Of a stretch of DNA of 64,000 nt, positions 62,001 to 64,000 are shown piece after piece. Made by a program: the position numbers and the translations under genes. The stretch is taken from positions 1,585 to 65,584 of the forward strand of contig CASESH010000018.1 in assembly GCA_949290565.1 (NCBI GenBank), written 5' to 3'. Under the pieces are notes generated by a model. That model was not told where the DNA came from, made no database searches, and worked only from the letters and a program-made list of their open reading frames with translations. This DNA is from an uncultured Christensenella sp. GTDB taxonomy: Bacteria > Bacillota > Clostridia > Christensenellales > UBA1242. The stretch's first letter is position 1. Every line of letters starts with the position of its first letter.

Positions 62001-62713
62001 TCATTAAAATCATTGTCCATATTAGTTTTTGTATGACTATATTTTTCCAAATCTTTTTCATTGTCAAAATCTTCATTATCTAATTCACTAACATTGTCAA
62101 ACTCTTGACTACTTGTTTCACTGTTGTTGTCAAACTCTTGACTACTTGTTTGTATATGGTTACTTACTGAAATATCAGATTCATCATTTTGATTATCTTG
62201 TAGTTTATAAATAAACTCATTTTGTTTAACTTGTGAATTGTCAGTTATATTGTTATAATTAAAATCATTAGAACTATCTTGTGTATTTTCATCTAAGAAA
62301 TTATTTTCAAAATCACTTTCAGAATCATTCAACTGCTCTTGCCAATTAGAATTTAAATCTTCATAAGATTGTTTAGGGCTATCATTTTCCCTATTTTCTC
62401 TGGCCTTTTGACTAAGTCTTTTAATGTAATTTTGCTCATCTAAAACATTTTTATTTGACTTAGTAATCTTATTTAAAATTTTTTGTTTATTAGATAAGTC
62501 TTGCTCATTAGAAGTTTCAACTTGCTTGTATTTACCCGTAACAAAATCGAAAGAAAGTTGACCTTGCGCTATCCCACTTTCTCTCTGCTCTTGACTATCT
62601 TCTTTTTCCTCATCTTCTCTAACAAACAACTCACTTACATCAATTTGACCGGGAATGGAATCATCAAAATTATTTTCATTATTGTTGTTGTCAAAATCTT
62701 CATCATCAAACAT
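59045..62713 (-). CDS. parC: Type IIA topoisomerase subunit A (ParC-like/GyrA paralogue) with ~420-aa acidic N-terminal extension
   Basis: [32 protein letters not shown] (catalytic Tyr), beta-pinwheel repeats. No GyrA-box (QxRGGxG) at the CTD start, hence Topo IV-like. Confidence 0.85.
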   Translation of the reverse strand: MFDDEDFDNNNNENNFDDSIPGQIDVSELFVREDEEKEDSQEQRESGIAQGQLSFDFVTGKYKQVETSNEQDLSNKQKILNKITKSNKNVLDEQNYIKRLSQKARENRENDSPKQSYEDLNSNWQEQLNDSESDFENNFLDENTQDSSNDFNYNNITDNSQVKQNEFIYKLQDNQNDESDISVSNHIQTSSQEFDNNSETSSQEFDNVSELDNEDFDNEKDLEKYSHTKTNMDNDFNESEDYNYSNQDKKRAEVTNQDFESKLDNSFQESNYEQFDSIQEEDNLFQTTNEEGDSFLDLQNEDSDITSEEEKVDFDTKGREDLSTNKNSNSNKNVTNGTKNPSFRGKKPSSLSSSSVTNFEGQDEKDSEQIKNERLLQKSVDLLNRDFEEVSLNVGSNAFGVSGKIDNERLFYDGGSSEVVDGIIYKNIETILHESMIPYSEHVIIDRALPRVEDGLKPVQRRILYDMLELGVTPDSPFKKSARIVGDCLGKYHPHGDSSVYQALVNMAQEFSCSQVLITGQGNFGSIDGDPPAAMRYTEVKLSPLAMELLRDLDKNTVKWELNFDDTLKEPVCLPGRFPNLLVNGSMGIAVGLATNIPPHNLAEVIDGVIAYIDNPKISLAEMMKFIKGPDFPTGAYILDSSELVQAYKTGKGKIYIRAKIHLEGEGSDRKSFVITEIPYGVNKSTLLRKILELKEEDKYDLGGIAEIRDESDRQGMRAVIRLKKDASVNKIYNSLLKYTDLQCTFGINMVAIAGGKPKQMGLLDIISYYSQYQREIIVRRSKFELSQAEERAHILEGLIIAIKNIDAVVKIIKTSKNSSEAKVRLIDKFKLSDRQAQAILDMRLARLTSLEVYKLEEELKSLHELIKYLKEVLASPKKQFEVVKKELFEIRKKYKKDRLTKFAKESAKISVNEDLKKINVPQNIIILKALDNSFKLIKEKNYFQSSRDIKEDSTLADINVIKFDCLSNSKLLCFTSLGNCFKINASQIGECKFRGRGVAETDLFKELEKDEHIVAIFNQDIENQEGNLMFYTKFGMVKKTPKSEYNLLKNAYQAIKLKDDDRLIKVESELLTNYNLVFVTSSGMVLNAKTDDIPVQGRVAGGVKGINLAEGDYCLSIDSCVNNEGEIVVVTQNGLCKRVITASIDPSARYRKGIKLHSGEKLAFSCLVTNPKEICLFDKNSNFFSRSTDLIKICSKSDKAKPFDKTKKTIPVSKVGISADI

Positions 62714-62993
62714 AAAAACCTACCCAAAATAATAAAAGAATTTATTAAAATAAAAAAATTTATAAAGTAAACCATTATAAGTTAAAATTTTGTAACATAA
62801 AATATTTAGCAACAATTTAAGTTAAAACAGTACTGTTTTTTAAAATATAAATAGATTTATATTTATCTAAAATTAGTTAAATTAATTTTTTAATAAAAAA
62901 ATAATTTTATTGTGTTATCCTAGTAAATTTGTTTTTCATTTAAAGAATAAAATCAATATTAAACAAATAGTTAGTAAGACAAAATTAATGAAG

Positions 62994-64000
62994 CTATTTT
63001 TTCTCGTATTTCATAAACTCATCTTCTTTATTAAAATCAACATACTGAGAAAGATATTGCTTTCTTGACTCGATATCGTTACCCATAAGAGTAGTAATAG
63101 AAAGTTCAGCATTGGCAATATCATCAATACCAACTTTAATAAGCATTCTAGTTTCAGGATTCATAGTAGTTTCCCACAGTTGGTCTGGATTCATTTCTCC
63201 AAGGCCTTTGTACCTTTGAATAGAATAACCCTTGCCAAACTTTTTAATAACCTCTGGGAGTTCCTTGTCCGAATAAACATATTCACTCTTGTCTTTTTTA
63301 TAAATTCTATAAAGAGGAGGCAAAGCAATATAAACGTGCCCGCAAGAAATCAAATCTCTCATATATCTAAAAAAGAAGGTGAGCAAGATAGACCTAATAT
63401 GAGCACCATCTTGGTCAGCATCTGAAAGAATAACTACTTTATGGAATTTTAAATTTTTTAAATTAAAATCTTCCCCAATACCAGCGCCCAAAGAGGCGAT
63501 AACAAGCCTAAATTCCTCATTAGAAAGGACTTGTTCTAATCTCTTTTTTTCAGCATTAAGAGGTTTTCCCCTAAGAGCAAGAACAGCCTGAAAACTTCTA
63601 TCTCTACAAAGTTTAACAGTTCCCCCAGCACTATGACCTTCAACAATAAAGAGTTCATTAAGTTCAGCATTTTTACCCGTACAGTGAGCGAAATTGCCAA
63701 GCAAACTAGAAGATTCTATGCTATTTTTTTGTCTATTCAAATCTTTTGCCTTTTTTGCCGCAATTCTAGCACGAGCCGCATTTTTTGCTTTTTCTATAAT
63801 ACTAGTAGCAATCTTAGCGTTTTCTTTCTTGTCAAAAAACCTTGTCAAGCCTTTGTAAATCATACTTTCTACAAGACCCTTAACCTCAGGATTACCCAAC
63901 TTAGTTTTTGTTTGTCCTTCAAATTCAATATCGTGCATTTTTATAGCAAGAACAGTAGAAATTCCCTCACGATAGTCCTCACTAATTAAATTTTCCTCTT
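62994..64000 (-). CDS. parE: Type IIA topoisomerase subunit B (ParE/GyrB-like), 5' end outside the window
   Basis: Frame open to the window edge (NLISEDYREG); FEGQTKTKLGN, EGHSAGG, LRGKPLN, DADQDG, QRYKGLGEMNPDQLWETTM. Confidence 0.85.
   Translation of the reverse strand, partial: EENLISEDYREGISTVLAIKMHDIEFEGQTKTKLGNPEVKGLVESMIYKGLTRFFDKKENAKIATSIIEKAKNAARARIAAKKAKDLNRQKNSIESSSLLGNFAHCTGKNAELNELFIVEGHSAGGTVKLCRDRSFQAVLALRGKPLNAEKKRLEQVLSNEEFRLVIASLGAGIGEDFNLKNLKFHKVVILSDADQDGAHIRSILLTFFFRYMRDLISCGHVYIALPPLYRIYKKDKSEYVYSDKELPEVIKKFGKGYSIQRYKGLGEMNPDQLWETTMNPETRMLIKVGIDDIANAELSITTLMGNDIESRKQYLSQYVDFNKEDEFMKYEKK

Noticed and set aside
59045..62713. Canonical gyrA
   Set aside because: No GyrA-box is visible at the start of the C-terminal pinwheel, so it is better read as a Topo IV-like paralogue; phylogeny is needed to settle this.
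7164..63989. Numerous short antisense or out-of-frame ORFs in the track (e.g. 7164-7451, 20588-20953, 22536-22958, 46480-46896, 49069-49554, 63633-63989)
   Set aside because: They lie within well-supported genes and have no RBS or recognisable motifs; typical shadow ORFs.
1..64000. tRNA, rRNA or IS elements
   Set aside because: No cloverleaf/T-loop signatures, rRNA-like GC-rich blocks or transposase ORFs were seen by eye; tRNAscan-SE and ISEScan would confirm.

Overview
AT-rich chromosomal window from a low-GC, spore-forming Firmicute (Clostridia-like; it carries pro-sigK and pdaB). Almost all genes are on the minus strand. Most of the window is housekeeping: trmK-sigA-dnaG, fakA/asp23, rpe-rlmN-fmt-def-priA-rpoZ, ligA-pcrA, rpsU-mtaB-rsmE-dnaJ-dnaK-grpE-hrcA with a CIRCE operator, hemW-lepA, rarA, sigK, RNase P RNA, RNase J, ssb, pdaB and a ParE/ParC-like topoisomerase pair. 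The stand-out region is ~42.2-55.5 kb, an apparently intact podovirus-type DNA-packaging module: RinA/ArpU-like activator, TerL, TerS-like protein lacking its DNA-binding HTH, portal, scaffold, major capsid, adaptor, nozzle-like protein and holin(s). It has no recognisable integrase, repressor, replication, tail-fibre or endolysin gene. Its genes are separated by host-like AT-rich spacers, and a Spo0A box sits just upstream of the terL RBS. This is a candidate domesticated, possibly sporulation-linked gene transfer agent (GTA). Other oddities: six 10-bp-periodic repeat arrays, a structured leader upstream of the capsid gene, a DnaA-box cluster, a ParC-like protein with a ~420-aa acidic N-terminal extension carrying beta-clamp-like motifs, and a FakA lacking its metal ligands. 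All family calls come from motif recognition by eye; no searches were run.
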